From the sequence record PZ229304.1: a stretch of DNA of 64,000 bases, one strand, 5' to 3'. Made by a program: the position numbers and the translations under genes. Origin of the DNA: a phage. Below are positions 38,080 through 48,051 of the stretch, piece by piece (the first letter of the stretch is position 1; each line of letters starts with the position of its first letter). The notes below the pieces were generated by a model that saw nothing but the letters and a program-made list of their open reading frames with translations, did not search any database and was not told where the DNA came from.

Positions 38080-40341
38080 TTACATCTTACAAGCCTCACA
38101 ACCGGATTCTTCATCCTCTTGAGCGAGTGAGGTTGCCGATTTTGTTCTACTATTTAGATAGTACAAAGATTTACCACCAAGTTTTGCAAACTGAAGGATA
38201 TATTGCATTTCTGATTTAATGGATAAACGACCACCTTCCATCTTAGAGTAGTCAATCCACTTATCACATGATGCACCTTGATCTAAGAATTTAGTCAACA
38301 GGCCATATGCTTCAGCCATATCTTTATCTGGCGTATCCCAAGCCGATTGGTAAATATCTTTTAGTTTATCGTAATCTGGCACAATAAACAGAACATTACC
38401 TTTTTGGCTTTGTTTATAAACTATAGTATCTCGTACAGGATACACAGAGTTAGTCGTATTACTTACAAGACTACTGGACTCATTTGGAGCAATAGCTGCT
38501 AATACGCTATTTCGGATACCACCTTGTGCAATGATATCTTGTCGTAAACCTTCCCAATCCATTTTAAGTTTAAAATTGCCGATATCGTCTACAGCTTTAG
38601 CGTAGGTATCAATAGGCAACCATCCTTCAGGCCACTTGGTTTTATGCATCCATTCTGCATTACCTTTCTCTTTTGCCAAACGAAGAGAAGCTCTTGCTAA
38701 CCAGTAATAATGTCTTTCTGCTAATTCGTGAATTAGTTTTTTGCCGTAAGGATCTGAGTAAGTAACAAAATTACTTGCCAGATAATGTGCAAGGTTTGTA
38801 ATACCTACGCCGATAGACCTACGTGCTTTAGCAGTGATTTCGTTATGTTTAAACGGATACTGCATTGTTTCAATAACATTATCAATAGTCAGAACGGTAT
38901 AATATGCAACATCTTCATATTCTTCTGGTGTAACACGACCAGCTACAATAGAAGACAGGAAGCATAATGCCAATTCTTGATCTTCTGTATTCTCACCTGT
39001 GAAAAGATCAGTCATATTGTGAAATGCTTTCGTAGGTAAGAAAATTTCTTGGCACAAGTTTGACTGGTAAATAACATCCTTAAACGGAGTATGCTTATTA
39101 GCATTATCCGCAAAGAACATATAAATACGTCCTGTCTCTGCTCTTTGTGTAATAATTTCTGCCAGAAGATCTCGTGCTTTTACAAACTTCTTCTTAATTC
39201 GTTTGCGACTAACTTTTTCATATACTTCTTCAAACTCTTCCTCGCTTTTATAAAGCGCCTCATAGAGTTCTGGTGCTTCGTCATAACTGACTAGCATCCA
39301 ATCTTTACCTTTTGCTGCACGGCGCAGGAAAGCATTGTTTACTACAATAGAGTAATCAAGTTTATCTACTCGTTTTTCACTAACAGTAGTTGGATTTTTC
39401 AAACGTACCAGATCTTCAAAATCAGGTTCTAATATTGTAAACGTTACTGTTGCACTTCCACCACGGCTTGCTTGTTTTGATGCTCCAACACTTGTTTCCA
39501 TCCATTTCAGATATGGTAAAAGACCACCGTGAACGATACGGTTGTTCTTAACACCTTGTCCTGTAGCACGGGTTTGGAGGTTAACACCAATACCTGCATT
39601 ATTCAATGTATATTCATGAGCAAGATAGTTAGCAATTGCTAAAGATTCTGCTGTATCATCTGCTCTAAACAGACAACAAGAAGCACTACCTTTAATCTTA
39701 GTACGCAAAGTTGTTAAATAAGGCGATGGTAAATTAATCTTAAGATCACTTACGTAGGTATATAGACGTTTAATGTCTTCTACTCTGCGATCTTTTGGTT
39801 GAATTTCCATTACCTTCATTGCTACACCAATGAATAAAAACTGTGGTGATTCAAAAACAACATCATTGATCGCATCTTTCACAAGATACTTATCAACCAT
39901 CTGGCGCAGTACGGAATAACCATAAGTTAGGTTTTTATCGTGATTGACAATTTTACCAATCTCAATAATTTCTTCTTCTGTATAATCCATTTTTCCCCAA
40001 TAGCCTTTACTTACAGACATATTGTAGAAATCCAGGAGGGAGGGGATATTGTGATATCCCCCATGAGCCTGTTTATAAATCATACCAAGAAGTAACCGAC
40101 CTGCCATATCACTATATGCCTGATCTTTCTTATCAATACATGCTGCTATCATAGCTTTATGTAAATCACGAGTAGGCACACCGTCGTAACAACGTTTAAC
40201 AGCTTCGAGTTCAATTTCAGACCAATTTAATTTACCAGCAGCAAACTCTGACCATTTACGAAGTTTTTCTGGATTAAATTCTTCTTTCTTGCCGTTTGTT
40301 TTTGTTACATAACGGATAGATTTGCTTAGATACTGAGTCAC
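38080..40341 (-). CDS. nrdA: ribonucleotide reductase class Ia large (alpha) subunit
   Basis: 753 aa; N-terminal ATP-cone-like region; conserved NLCQEI segment; C-terminal CxxC tail. Confidence 0.9.
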   Translation of the reverse strand: MTQYLSKSIRYVTKTNGKKEEFNPEKLRKWSEFAAGKLNWSEIELEAVKRCYDGVPTRDLHKAMIAACIDKKDQAYSDMAGRLLLGMIYKQAHGGYHNIPSLLDFYNMSVSKGYWGKMDYTEEEIIEIGKIVNHDKNLTYGYSVLRQMVDKYLVKDAINDVVFESPQFLFIGVAMKVMEIQPKDRRVEDIKRLYTYVSDLKINLPSPYLTTLRTKIKGSASCCLFRADDTAESLAIANYLAHEYTLNNAGIGVNLQTRATGQGVKNNRIVHGGLLPYLKWMETSVGASKQASRGGSATVTFTILEPDFEDLVRLKNPTTVSEKRVDKLDYSIVVNNAFLRRAAKGKDWMLVSYDEAPELYEALYKSEEEFEEVYEKVSRKRIKKKFVKARDLLAEIITQRAETGRIYMFFADNANKHTPFKDVIYQSNLCQEIFLPTKAFHNMTDLFTGENTEDQELALCFLSSIVAGRVTPEEYEDVAYYTVLTIDNVIETMQYPFKHNEITAKARRSIGVGITNLAHYLASNFVTYSDPYGKKLIHELAERHYYWLARASLRLAKEKGNAEWMHKTKWPEGWLPIDTYAKAVDDIGNFKLKMDWEGLRQDIIAQGGIRNSVLAAIAPNESSSLVSNTTNSVYPVRDTIVYKQSQKGNVLFIVPDYDKLKDIYQSAWDTPDKDMAEAYGLLTKFLDQGASCDKWIDYSKMEGGRLSIKSEMQYILQFAKLGGKSLYYLNSRTKSATSLAQEDEESGCEACKM

Positions 40342-40352
40342 TTCCTCTCCTA

Positions 40353-40601
40353 TTAATTATGCATATTTAGAACATCTACATCATAACCGCCACGCATCTC
40401 ATTATATAAGCCATTTGCGTATAGAAAACCTTCAAAATGATCTATACCTTCAAAACCTTTTGCCTTTGCTTTGCGGTCTGCTTCTTGTCTTTTTGGGGAT
40501 AATCTTTTAGATGTATCAAGGATAACTGTTACATTGCAACCTAATGTTTCATCAAAATAGACTTCAATTTCACAGCCTTCATATTTATTACTTTCTGTCA
40601 T
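40353..40601 (-). CDS. hypothetical protein
   Basis: Start moved to ATG with GAGAGG RBS. Confidence 0.4.
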   Translation of the reverse strand: MTESNKYEGCEIEVYFDETLGCNVTVILDTSKRLSPKRQEADRKAKAKGFEGIDHFEGFLYANGLYNEMRGGYDVDVLNMHN

Positions 40602-40613
40602 TTGGCCTCTCAA

Positions 40614-41024
40614 TTAGAATTCAGAATCATCATCTCGTGATGGATCATGTTCATTTCCGAAGTCTTCCATTTTGATATGAGAGCTACCCCAACCTGTAAA
40701 ATCTTCTTCTCCAAAGTGCAAAATATCCACACCTTGATAGATTCGCTTATATTTATAGTCTTGTCGAACTGGGAAAGTATACAATGTAGTATTTGCAAAC
40801 ACCACACGTCGATTGTTGTTACTACGAATATTAACACCACGTTCTACTGTATAATGTCCATCGGTAGACATACCAAGCATTACTAATGCTGCTCGCAATG
40901 TAGTGTTATGATACTCGTGAGGAATTTTTCCTCCGTGCTTTTTAGCCATTTCTTTCCAGATCGGTGTAGCCTTAATGGTAGACATACTTACGGTCGCCCA
41001 AATGGTTGTATTAATTAGTGACAT
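40614..41024 (-). CDS. hypothetical protein
   Basis: ORF track. Confidence 0.5.
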   Translation of the reverse strand: MSLINTTIWATVSMSTIKATPIWKEMAKKHGGKIPHEYHNTTLRAALVMLGMSTDGHYTVERGVNIRSNNNRRVVFANTTLYTFPVRQDYKYKRIYQGVDILHFGEEDFTGWGSSHIKMEDFGNEHDPSRDDDSEF

Positions 41025-41121
41025 AAATTCTCCTTCTCTCTTTTAAGGAGAGCATAGCTCTCCTAACGTTAGCCTATACTACACGAATCTCAATTAAAAG
41101 TCAACTATAATTTTAAGTTGA

Positions 41122-42093
41122 TCACCATTTTGTATGATTAGTCAAAAGTTGACGATGTTGAATCCAACCACAGAAGTTTCCACTCCACAAACGATGTTTA
41201 CGATCCATATGTGTAATACCTTCCTCCCAAGAAGAAGGGAACGGAGGCATATTAATACCATCTTTCTGTTGTTTTAATCCTGACAGATCCATTTCTTTCA
41301 TTGGCGTTGCCTGGTGTTCAAACGGAGATGCATGTACCTTTTGTCCAGACAGCAAACGAGAATAGATATCCAATGCTTTATCTTTAGTATCATTCAATTT
41401 ACGATAACTTACCTGAGCGCAACAAGAAGCTGAAATAGCTTTTGCTTCCTCTTCTGTCAACATTTTCTCGTTGGAGAAGGTTTCACCCAAGAAATAACGG
41501 ATCATACCAGTTTCTGGATCTCGATCACGATTAACGTAAGGTGTATGCCATTCCCCTGGGAAAAGAAGATATGGTTCAGAAGATTCATACAGTTTTTTAA
41601 TTTCTTTAGCAAGAGCCTCAATAGTAGGATCTGCATCAGCATCCACGCGCAACCACAAGAAGTTTTCTAGCTCTGTAGTTGTTACTACAGTCTTCATACG
41701 TTGGAATGGTTCTAGTAGGCGGTTTGCAACCTGTTTATGATAACCAGCAAGGGCAAACTCTTCTGCAAAACGTGCAGCACTTAGCGCAGCTAAGTCCCAC
41801 CATTCTTTTGCAGTGTAACCTGCATCAATCAGGGCATCGTGATCTGTGCCTTTATCTTGCATACCTGGTTGGTTAGCACCAAAACGATAAGGACGTGCTG
41901 GAGATTGCCGTACCATTTCAATTAGAGTTTTAACAGGAATAGCTCGACTTGATGCGGCATTACGAGAAAACAAACGATGCGTCATCAATTCAGAGTGAAT
42001 GATTCGGGGATATTCAAGTTCAAAGGTAACAATATCTTTACCTTCAGATGTTTGAGAGTGTGCAATAATTTTTGCTGAAATAGAATTTGTCAT
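41122..42093 (-). CDS. thyX: ThyX-like flavin-dependent thymidylate synthase homolog (divergent signature)
   Basis: THRLFSRNAASSRA resembles the ThyX RHRxxSxxxxSxRY signature with substitutions; sits next to tk and nrd genes. Confidence 0.5.
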   Translation of the reverse strand: MTNSISAKIIAHSQTSEGKDIVTFELEYPRIIHSELMTHRLFSRNAASSRAIPVKTLIEMVRQSPARPYRFGANQPGMQDKGTDHDALIDAGYTAKEWWDLAALSAARFAEEFALAGYHKQVANRLLEPFQRMKTVVTTTELENFLWLRVDADADPTIEALAKEIKKLYESSEPYLLFPGEWHTPYVNRDRDPETGMIRYFLGETFSNEKMLTEEEAKAISASCCAQVSYRKLNDTKDKALDIYSRLLSGQKVHASPFEHQATPMKEMDLSGLKQQKDGINMPPFPSSWEEGITHMDRKHRLWSGNFCGWIQHRQLLTNHTKW

Positions 42094-42102
42094 TATTTCT
42101 CC

Positions 42103-42693
42103 TTAAGGTAGTAAAATACTTTCAATTTCTTCCCACTGATTATCTAAACCAGTGATAATTACATTAGGAAGTTTCTTTAACTCTTCCAAGTATGGATCTT
42201 CGTAAATAGTGTTGAAATATATTTTCAACGTTTCATCTGGAAATAGGACAAGATTTTCAGCCCTATCGTCAATAGTTACGTCGCAAGGTAATAAGTATTT
42301 TTCTTTTGTTGCGAAAAAACCATTACCAGATGTTCTACTAAAATCCACTTTATCTAAAGATCGTGTTACGTGTCTATATTTAGAACTAAGGTGTCCACCC
42401 TTAGTGTGGCTCGCTATAGATATATTAGCTCCATTTGCAATTATACGATGAACAACATCTGTACTATTAGGTACTACTCCCATAGTATCATATAGATGTT
42501 GGTTATCCCAAAAAGAGTAAGGATCTACACCAAATTGCTTTTTAAAATCAGGGAAATATTTCGTAATATCGTAGTGCACAGTTTTATGTGTCTTATCAAA
42601 TTTGATATTAGATCTACTTACCGCATTTAACCAATTTAACCATTCTATATCTGCTGGAGCTATTACTAAATCCCAATCACATACTAGACGCAT
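42103..42693 (-). CDS. HAD-family 5-prime nucleotidase-like protein
   Basis: Start moved to MRLVCDWDLV (DxD motif I); later DDRAENL; overlaps tk stop. Confidence 0.4.
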   Translation of the reverse strand: MRLVCDWDLVIAPADIEWLNWLNAVSRSNIKFDKTHKTVHYDITKYFPDFKKQFGVDPYSFWDNQHLYDTMGVVPNSTDVVHRIIANGANISIASHTKGGHLSSKYRHVTRSLDKVDFSRTSGNGFFATKEKYLLPCDVTIDDRAENLVLFPDETLKIYFNTIYEDPYLEELKKLPNVIITGLDNQWEEIESILLP

Positions 42694-43240
42694 TATTTCT
42701 CCTGTTATAACATTTTCTACACATTGTTTCGTAAATGTCTTCTCCTCCAATAACAATCTGTTCTTTAGAGTCGATAAGTCTAGCATTGAAAATAGCTTTT
42801 CTTCCACATTTACAAATGCTTTTCAATTCTGTAATTGAATCTGCTATGGCTAATAACCGTTCAGAACCTTCAAACAATTCTGTAGCAAAATCTGTTTTAA
42901 GTCCATAGCAGAATACAGGAATATCGTAATTGTCTACCACATCTCCAAGAATGTCAACCATATCTTTAGTTAGGAATTGTGATTCATCCACAAATACTGC
43001 ATCTACTGGATTTTCTTTAAGCTGTGTATAAATTTCCAGCATATCTTCTTTTGTTTTAACTGGTTTTGCTTCCTCTTTAATACCTATCCTAGAAGCAATA
43101 GCACAACCAGATCTGGTATCTAAAGCCGAAGTTAAAAGAAGAACTTTCATATTTCTTTCTTTATAGTTCCAAGCTGTTTGTAAAAGATGTGTGCTTTTAC
43201 CACTGTTCATTGGACTATATCGGAAATAAAGTTTAGCCAT
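42677..43240 (-). CDS. tdk: thymidine kinase
   Basis: P-loop MNSGKST, about 190 aa, C-terminal zinc-binding CxxC pairs typical of TK. Confidence 0.85.
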   Translation of the reverse strand: MAKLYFRYSPMNSGKSTHLLQTAWNYKERNMKVLLLTSALDTRSGCAIASRIGIKEEAKPVKTKEDMLEIYTQLKENPVDAVFVDESQFLTKDMVDILGDVVDNYDIPVFCYGLKTDFATELFEGSERLLAIADSITELKSICKCGRKAIFNARLIDSKEQIVIGGEDIYETMCRKCYNRRNNASSM

Positions 43241-43285
43241 ATTTTCTCCTCTAACGCTCCCGTTTGTGGGAGCGATAATACTTTA

Positions 43286-43861
43286 TTATTTCTCTTCGTC
43301 AAGAAGAATTTTTACTATCTGTTTTCTTCGCTTAGTTATTGTACTTTCTGGTGAAATTCCGCGCTTCGTTAGCCAATTTTTATCCTTTTTAGACTGGCAT
43401 AAAGCTATCGCTTCTTTCTCCGCTTTTGCTTCCCTGAATGTCATATCGTGCTTGTCAGCATAAGCCAGGATAGCGTTACACTTCTTACAAACTACACGCA
43501 GGTCGTCTTCTGTTACATACAATAGGCGTAAAACAAAACTTGGGATATCTTCATAACAGGTTAATGTACCTGCTGCATTAATATGGTCTACTTGAAAGTC
43601 TTTCATACCTCCTGTATGTCCACACAATTCACATTTACAATTCCAAACCTGTTTCGGTTTGCCTATTTTCTTATCTAAAACTACATTGCCATCTTTATCC
43701 AACCTATCGGCTTTAAATCGTACAGATTGGATCTTTTTTATCTTATTCGGGTGTCTCACCCATGCTTTCCTTAAGCAACCCCTTAAATATGTATAAAAGG
43801 CTGCTTGAGTTTTCCAAGGTGTTCCATCTCCCCAAATAACTTTAGGTTCTTTATTTTCCAA
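43286..43861 (-). CDS. HNH endonuclease-like protein
   Basis: CELCGH...HINAAG...CKKCN HNH-like motif. Confidence 0.5.
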   Translation of the reverse strand: MENKEPKVIWGDGTPWKTQAAFYTYLRGCLRKAWVRHPNKIKKIQSVRFKADRLDKDGNVVLDKKIGKPKQVWNCKCELCGHTGGMKDFQVDHINAAGTLTCYEDIPSFVLRLLYVTEDDLRVVCKKCNAILAYADKHDMTFREAKAEKEAIALCQSKKDKNWLTKRGISPESTITKRRKQIVKILLDEEK

Positions 43862-44045
43862 TAGTGCTCACCTTTTTAGCTACATAATCTCCAGGTGGAA
43901 TGTTATATTTAAAGAAAAGCATACGGTCTAAACCAGCTTTACACATATTTTCTGGGATTGTGATTGTATATAGGAGTTTATCTCCGCGTTTATTGTATAT
44001 TTTATATACTTCACCCTCTCCGTATTGTTTACCGTGAGAAGCCAT
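43851..44045 (-). CDS. hypothetical protein
   Basis: ORF track. Confidence 0.4.
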   Translation of the reverse strand: MASHGKQYGEGEVYKIYNKRGDKLLYTITIPENMCKAGLDRMLFFKYNIPPGDYVAKKVSTIGK

Positions 44046-44430
44046 CTACACTCTCCTTCAATTGTTCAATAGCATCTGCTGCTTCAATATACTTACCTTT
44101 ATACATTGCTTTTAAAGCCTTACGAACAAGATCATCGTCTGTATATAAATCAATTAGTTGATTAGCTAACTCAATTTTTACAGGATTTTTTAAGTTAGGG
44201 TAGGCTTCATACAACATATTGTAATACTTATCACTCAATTCTTTTTCAATATGAATAACGTGAATCGCTTTGTTTAGGTTGATCACACGATCACCTTTGT
44301 TTCGACAAGCATACTTAGCTAACTTAGTGAAACAAGGAGTTGCACCAATTAGATATGCAAGTTCCAAAGGTTGCATACGCATACGTTTGTAGTGATCACC
44401 ATCAATTTGAATATCCAGTGCTGTAGTCAT
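44029..44430 (-). CDS. hypothetical protein
   Basis: ORF track. Confidence 0.5.
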   Translation of the reverse strand: MTTALDIQIDGDHYKRMRMQPLELAYLIGATPCFTKLAKYACRNKGDRVINLNKAIHVIHIEKELSDKYYNMLYEAYPNLKNPVKIELANQLIDLYTDDDLVRKALKAMYKGKYIEAADAIEQLKESVDGFSR

Positions 44431-44448
44431 AAATCCTCCAAAAATAAA

Positions 44449-44462
44449 GGGGCTTTCGCCCC
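44449..44462 (-). terminator. hairpin GGGGC-tttc-GCCCC (repeated terminator cassette, copy 3)
   Basis: Third identical copy with flanking A/T runs. Confidence 0.55.
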
Positions 44463-44468
44463 TTTTTA

Positions 44469-45431
44469 TTAAATTCCAATAACAGTGTTTACACGCTTCT
44501 CTTTGCTACGCAAATTAACACGTCCACGAGACAGGCTATTACATGATGTGCATCTTAGCACTTGGAATGTACTAACCGCTGTTGTGTAAACCTTACCAGG
44601 AACAACTTCAAGGTGCTCTTTACCGCAACGAGGACAACGAAGTTTTTCATCGTCATAGAATGCAGATACGTTAGGATGTTGTGGAATCCACGCACGAAGT
44701 TTGATGTAAAGATCTCTAAGAGAAACAACATCACCATCATTGTATGTTTGCATACGGAAGAAGGCATGTCTGTCTCCTTCACAACATGCTTTCCACAAAG
44801 GAAAACCTTCATTATCAAGTTTAAAGTTTTCTGTATCAAAATACAAACACATTTCTTTAAGCGCATTAGAAGGTAGTGCAAACTGCTTCTTAGCTGCCTT
44901 GAGTGTATCAATTACAACATAATGTGATGGTGGCTCCATACCGTGAAAAGCAAAACGTTGGTTAATATAAGCCTTATCAAACTTAATACCATTGTGCGCG
45001 ATCACAATATCTGCATCGTCAAGTAAGTGCCAGAGATCTTGACATAATTCCCAATCATCTGTATGATCTATGTCAAACAAAGGGTAATTGCTAAGGTTCT
45101 TACCTTCTACTTCCCCTGTTTCTAAATCAGCAGATGAATAGGAAAGCAAGTAACCTCGACGAATAACTTGTTCAGGTGCAATAAAGGCTTTGAAACGTGA
45201 GAAGCTATACACAATCTCCGGTGCTGTCTCTACGTCAATAATTTTAATTACTGGCCCACCTTTATCTTGTGGAGCACCGCGATGCGGTGAATTTACACGA
45301 GCTAAGTAATCATTTACTGTGCTCTTCTTAGTAGAACTTCCCAACACCTCTTGTGCAATCTTACGCGAAGAATAACCTTGTGCTTTCATAGATACAATCA
45401 AGGCTTTCTGTTCGTCTGTTAATTTACTCAA
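44469..45431 (-). CDS. DEDDh-type 3-5 exonuclease (DnaQ-like) with N-terminal HTH and C-terminal zinc ribbon
   Basis: Exo I IDVET, Exo II HNGIKFD, Exo III H-x4-D; N-terminal sigma-region-4-like HTH; C-terminal CPRCG...CTSCN. Confidence 0.6.
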   Translation of the reverse strand: MSKLTDEQKALIVSMKAQGYSSRKIAQEVLGSSTKKSTVNDYLARVNSPHRGAPQDKGGPVIKIIDVETAPEIVYSFSRFKAFIAPEQVIRRGYLLSYSSADLETGEVEGKNLSNYPLFDIDHTDDWELCQDLWHLLDDADIVIAHNGIKFDKAYINQRFAFHGMEPPSHYVVIDTLKAAKKQFALPSNALKEMCLYFDTENFKLDNEGFPLWKACCEGDRHAFFRMQTYNDGDVVSLRDLYIKLRAWIPQHPNVSAFYDDEKLRCPRCGKEHLEVVPGKVYTTAVSTFQVLRCTSCNSLSRGRVNLRSKEKRVNTVIGI

Positions 45432-46462
45432 TGTTCCTCCTGCTCTGAAATATATGCTTGTAGCATACTTTCAAAAGTTGTTTCATCATTCGCCCAACGT
45501 TTCATATATACCAACTGAAAAATTGTCTCTATCCATTCGTCAGTTGTCATTTCTACTTCTTCACCATCCCAAGAAGTAAATTTAACGCCATCTGGGAACC
45601 ATTCATAATACTGATCTTTAACGGTCTGAAAAAGTTCAGCTTGTGTTTTACATTTGGAAATAAGATTAAAGCAAGTAATATCTCCAAACTTAACATCGAA
45701 ATCTTGGTAAGGTCGAATACTATCTGTCTTATCGCCCATTAGCATTTGATAAGCTAACCAGTAACTACCCCAGCCCTTAATTTCTTTTTTCTTACCTTTT
45801 TCTACGATCCAGATATCACCGATAGATTCATCAATCAGAATAATACAAGGATTTTTATAAACACCATCCTCTTTATAAAAGTTAAAGAGTAAACTTGGTG
45901 TGTGTAAGCTATCTTTGTCGATAGATGCTACAATATGAGAAAACTTGCCAGTTTCCTTGTAGGCTTTATACCCTGCATATCCATAGATTTCTAAAGCATC
46001 ATCTGCCTCAATACCAGTAACAACGTCACCGTTATGTTTTTCAACTAGATAATCTTTAGTATCTGATAAATGGATTGGTCTTAAATCTGATCGTTCTGAT
46101 TTATATTCTTTTGGCATTTTGAAAGAATGCCGGAAGGTTTTTCCTACCCCGATGACACCGCAATACTTTTGAAGTTTTAGGTGATCCATCATCTGGGTTA
46201 TTTTTGTCTTTGCAGCTTGAAACGTAAAAGAAATATTATCTGGGACTATTTGAACATCTTTTATTTCAAAATCTTCTCTAGAGAACAACTTCTTACCAGC
46301 AGCTTCGCGTTGCGCGTTAAGTGCTCCTAACCATCCTCCAATATTTTTTGAAGATTTACCCCAAAAATCTGTTCTTGTTTCAAACTCTTTTACATTACCG
46401 GAAGCCTTATGTACAGCGTGGATTTTTCTTTGTTCTAAAGCTGAAGACGCCTGGAACGCCAC
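45428..46462 (-). CDS. FEN-type 5-3 exonuclease / RNase H-like nuclease (T4 rnh-like)
   Basis: GIEADDALE and IDKDS resemble the acidic-cluster motifs of T4 RNase H/FEN. Confidence 0.45.
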   Translation of the reverse strand: MAFQASSALEQRKIHAVHKASGNVKEFETRTDFWGKSSKNIGGWLGALNAQREAAGKKLFSREDFEIKDVQIVPDNISFTFQAAKTKITQMMDHLKLQKYCGVIGVGKTFRHSFKMPKEYKSERSDLRPIHLSDTKDYLVEKHNGDVVTGIEADDALEIYGYAGYKAYKETGKFSHIVASIDKDSLHTPSLLFNFYKEDGVYKNPCIILIDESIGDIWIVEKGKKKEIKGWGSYWLAYQMLMGDKTDSIRPYQDFDVKFGDITCFNLISKCKTQAELFQTVKDQYYEWFPDGVKFTSWDGEEVEMTTDEWIETIFQLVYMKRWANDETTFESMLQAYISEQEEH

Positions 46463-46554
46463 TTGATCGTAGTCTATTGCAAGAATTGTGTTCTCGTCAA
46501 CATATTTGTGCAGGTCTTCCGGTTGGATTAAAATGTAACCGCTAATATTACCTC

Positions 46555-46767
46555 CTATTCATCATCTGAACTCTCTGTTGAGAATGTTCGTGTGTAGGGA
46601 CACTGACGACTTGCAGAAACCTCTATAACCTTGTCGTACATACCGTTAGAGTAAAAACAGTATTTTGTACTTCCAGAAACTTGTTCTCCAGAATTAATTA
46701 AAGTTATTTGACCAGCATAAGAATAAGAACTGATTACTAAAAGTAAACCGACAAGAAGTTTTTTCAT
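46555..46767 (-). CDS. hypothetical secreted small protein (signal peptide)
   Basis: MKKLLVGLLLVISSYSYAG N-terminus. Confidence 0.45.
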   Translation of the reverse strand: MKKLLVGLLLVISSYSYAGQITLINSGEQVSGSTKYCFYSNGMYDKVIEVSASRQCPYTRTFSTESSDDE

Positions 46768-46841
46768 GGTGTGTCTCCTTAAAAGCCCACCTAACTAAGT
46801 AGGTAGGCATATTAACACATATTAAATTAGTAAGTCAAGTA

Positions 46842-47726
46842 TTATTTTTGAATAGTTGACTTGATAAGGTCTTGCATAATACCACGGATTTCGTTAAAGC
46901 ACAGAAGGACAGATGCTTCAAAAGATCCTTCTTCATCATTAAAGTATTTAGGGAATTTAATACCACTCAACTTAAATTCTTTATCAACAATAAAGTTAAC
47001 GAAACCGTCATATTCCAGGCCAATGGCAACAACGCGCTTACCATCTTCCATAAGTTCTACTGCACGAGATTCATAAAGGGATTCTTTACTCCATACAACC
47101 ACACCTTCCGAATCTTCAAGTTTAATATAATTACCAAGGGTCAGTCGTTCAGCCTCATGTTCTTCTAAGATGGTATCAAAACCTTTAATAATGGCTTCTT
47201 CGTGTACACTAAACGGCAGGACTGGGAAAGTACCCAACACCTCACGAAGAAACACAGCAATATCTTCACTAATTTTCTTAGTACCATTAAGAACATAGGT
47301 AATACTGTTTTCAGTGTCTACAACAACATAGTTATAGAAATCATCTGCCTCTGTTTCTGGAAGCAGAGAAAACACAATATCAGCCTCAATTGCTTTTTTA
47401 CTTTCTTTGTCCAAGAAGAACTCTTTAGTAGGATTTGCAGCAATAAACTCTTGTTCCATCTCCTGGAGTTTTTCATTAAGAATGCGTTTAACTTTCTTCT
47501 TATTAACTTTCTTAACAGACTGCCCTACTTTAATAACCTCTAAACCAGAGAACACTTTTACATAGGAACCATCATCTTCAAAACGAACAAGACCAATGGT
47601 ATGTGCTTGTTGCCCCTGTGCCACAACAAAATCCAGCGGTTTGTCTGTTACTGTGTTCAGTGCTGAAATAGACAGACCATCACCAGAAATCAGGGTTACG
47701 CAAGATTTGAAATTTTTAGCAAACAT
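46842..47726 (-). CDS. hypothetical protein
   Basis: Start moved to ATG with GAGGAG RBS. Confidence 0.5.
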   Translation of the reverse strand: MFAKNFKSCVTLISGDGLSISALNTVTDKPLDFVVAQGQQAHTIGLVRFEDDGSYVKVFSGLEVIKVGQSVKKVNKKKVKRILNEKLQEMEQEFIAANPTKEFFLDKESKKAIEADIVFSLLPETEADDFYNYVVVDTENSITYVLNGTKKISEDIAVFLREVLGTFPVLPFSVHEEAIIKGFDTILEEHEAERLTLGNYIKLEDSEGVVVWSKESLYESRAVELMEDGKRVVAIGLEYDGFVNFIVDKEFKLSGIKFPKYFNDEEGSFEASVLLCFNEIRGIMQDLIKSTIQK

Positions 47727-47736
47727 AGTTTTCTCC

Positions 47737-48015
47737 TCAAATAACAACTACAAAATATTTTACACCATCATATTCGACAATATGATCAGGATATTTAAAT
47801 CCTTTATAAGATTTACCAAACAGACTAACAGCTTCATTAGCTTTGTTTTGCGGATTACTCAACCACTGTTCTTCTGTGTAAAACTTAAATTCTGTTCTCT
47901 TACCTTCTTTTTCTAAACCAACAATTTCCTGTGTGATATCTTCAATACCTGCATTCTTCAAGGATTTGATTACCTGACGCAAACCGTGTTTAAAGATATC
48001 TTCTGCTGTTAACAT
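47737..48015 (-). CDS. hypothetical protein
   Basis: ORF track. Confidence 0.45.
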   Translation of the reverse strand: MLTAEDIFKHGLRQVIKSLKNAGIEDITQEIVGLEKEGKRTEFKFYTEEQWLSNPQNKANEAVSLFGKSYKGFKYPDHIVEYDGVKYFVVVI

Positions 48016-48027
48016 AATACCTCCAAT

Positions 48028-48046
48028 AAGCCCCCGAAGGGGCTTT
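48028..48046 (-). terminator. hairpin AAGCCCC-cgaa-GGGGCTT
   Basis: GC stem, flanking T-run. Confidence 0.5.
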
Positions 48047-48051
48047 ATTTC

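Noticed and set aside
38785-39294. + strand ORFs inside nrdA (38785-38967 and 39091-39294) and similar antisense ORFs inside other large genes
   Set aside because: They are fully embedded antisense to a well-supported coding sequence; shadow ORFs
36632-42093. Group I introns or inteins interrupting nrdA, nrdB or the ThyX-like gene
   Set aside because: All three ORFs are continuous and of normal length; the small ORF between nrdA and nrdB has its own RBS and no endonuclease motifs
46842-47726. RdgC-like recombination-associated protein assignment for the 294-aa ORF
   Set aside because: The size is compatible but I could not identify diagnostic motifs by eye; left as hypothetical
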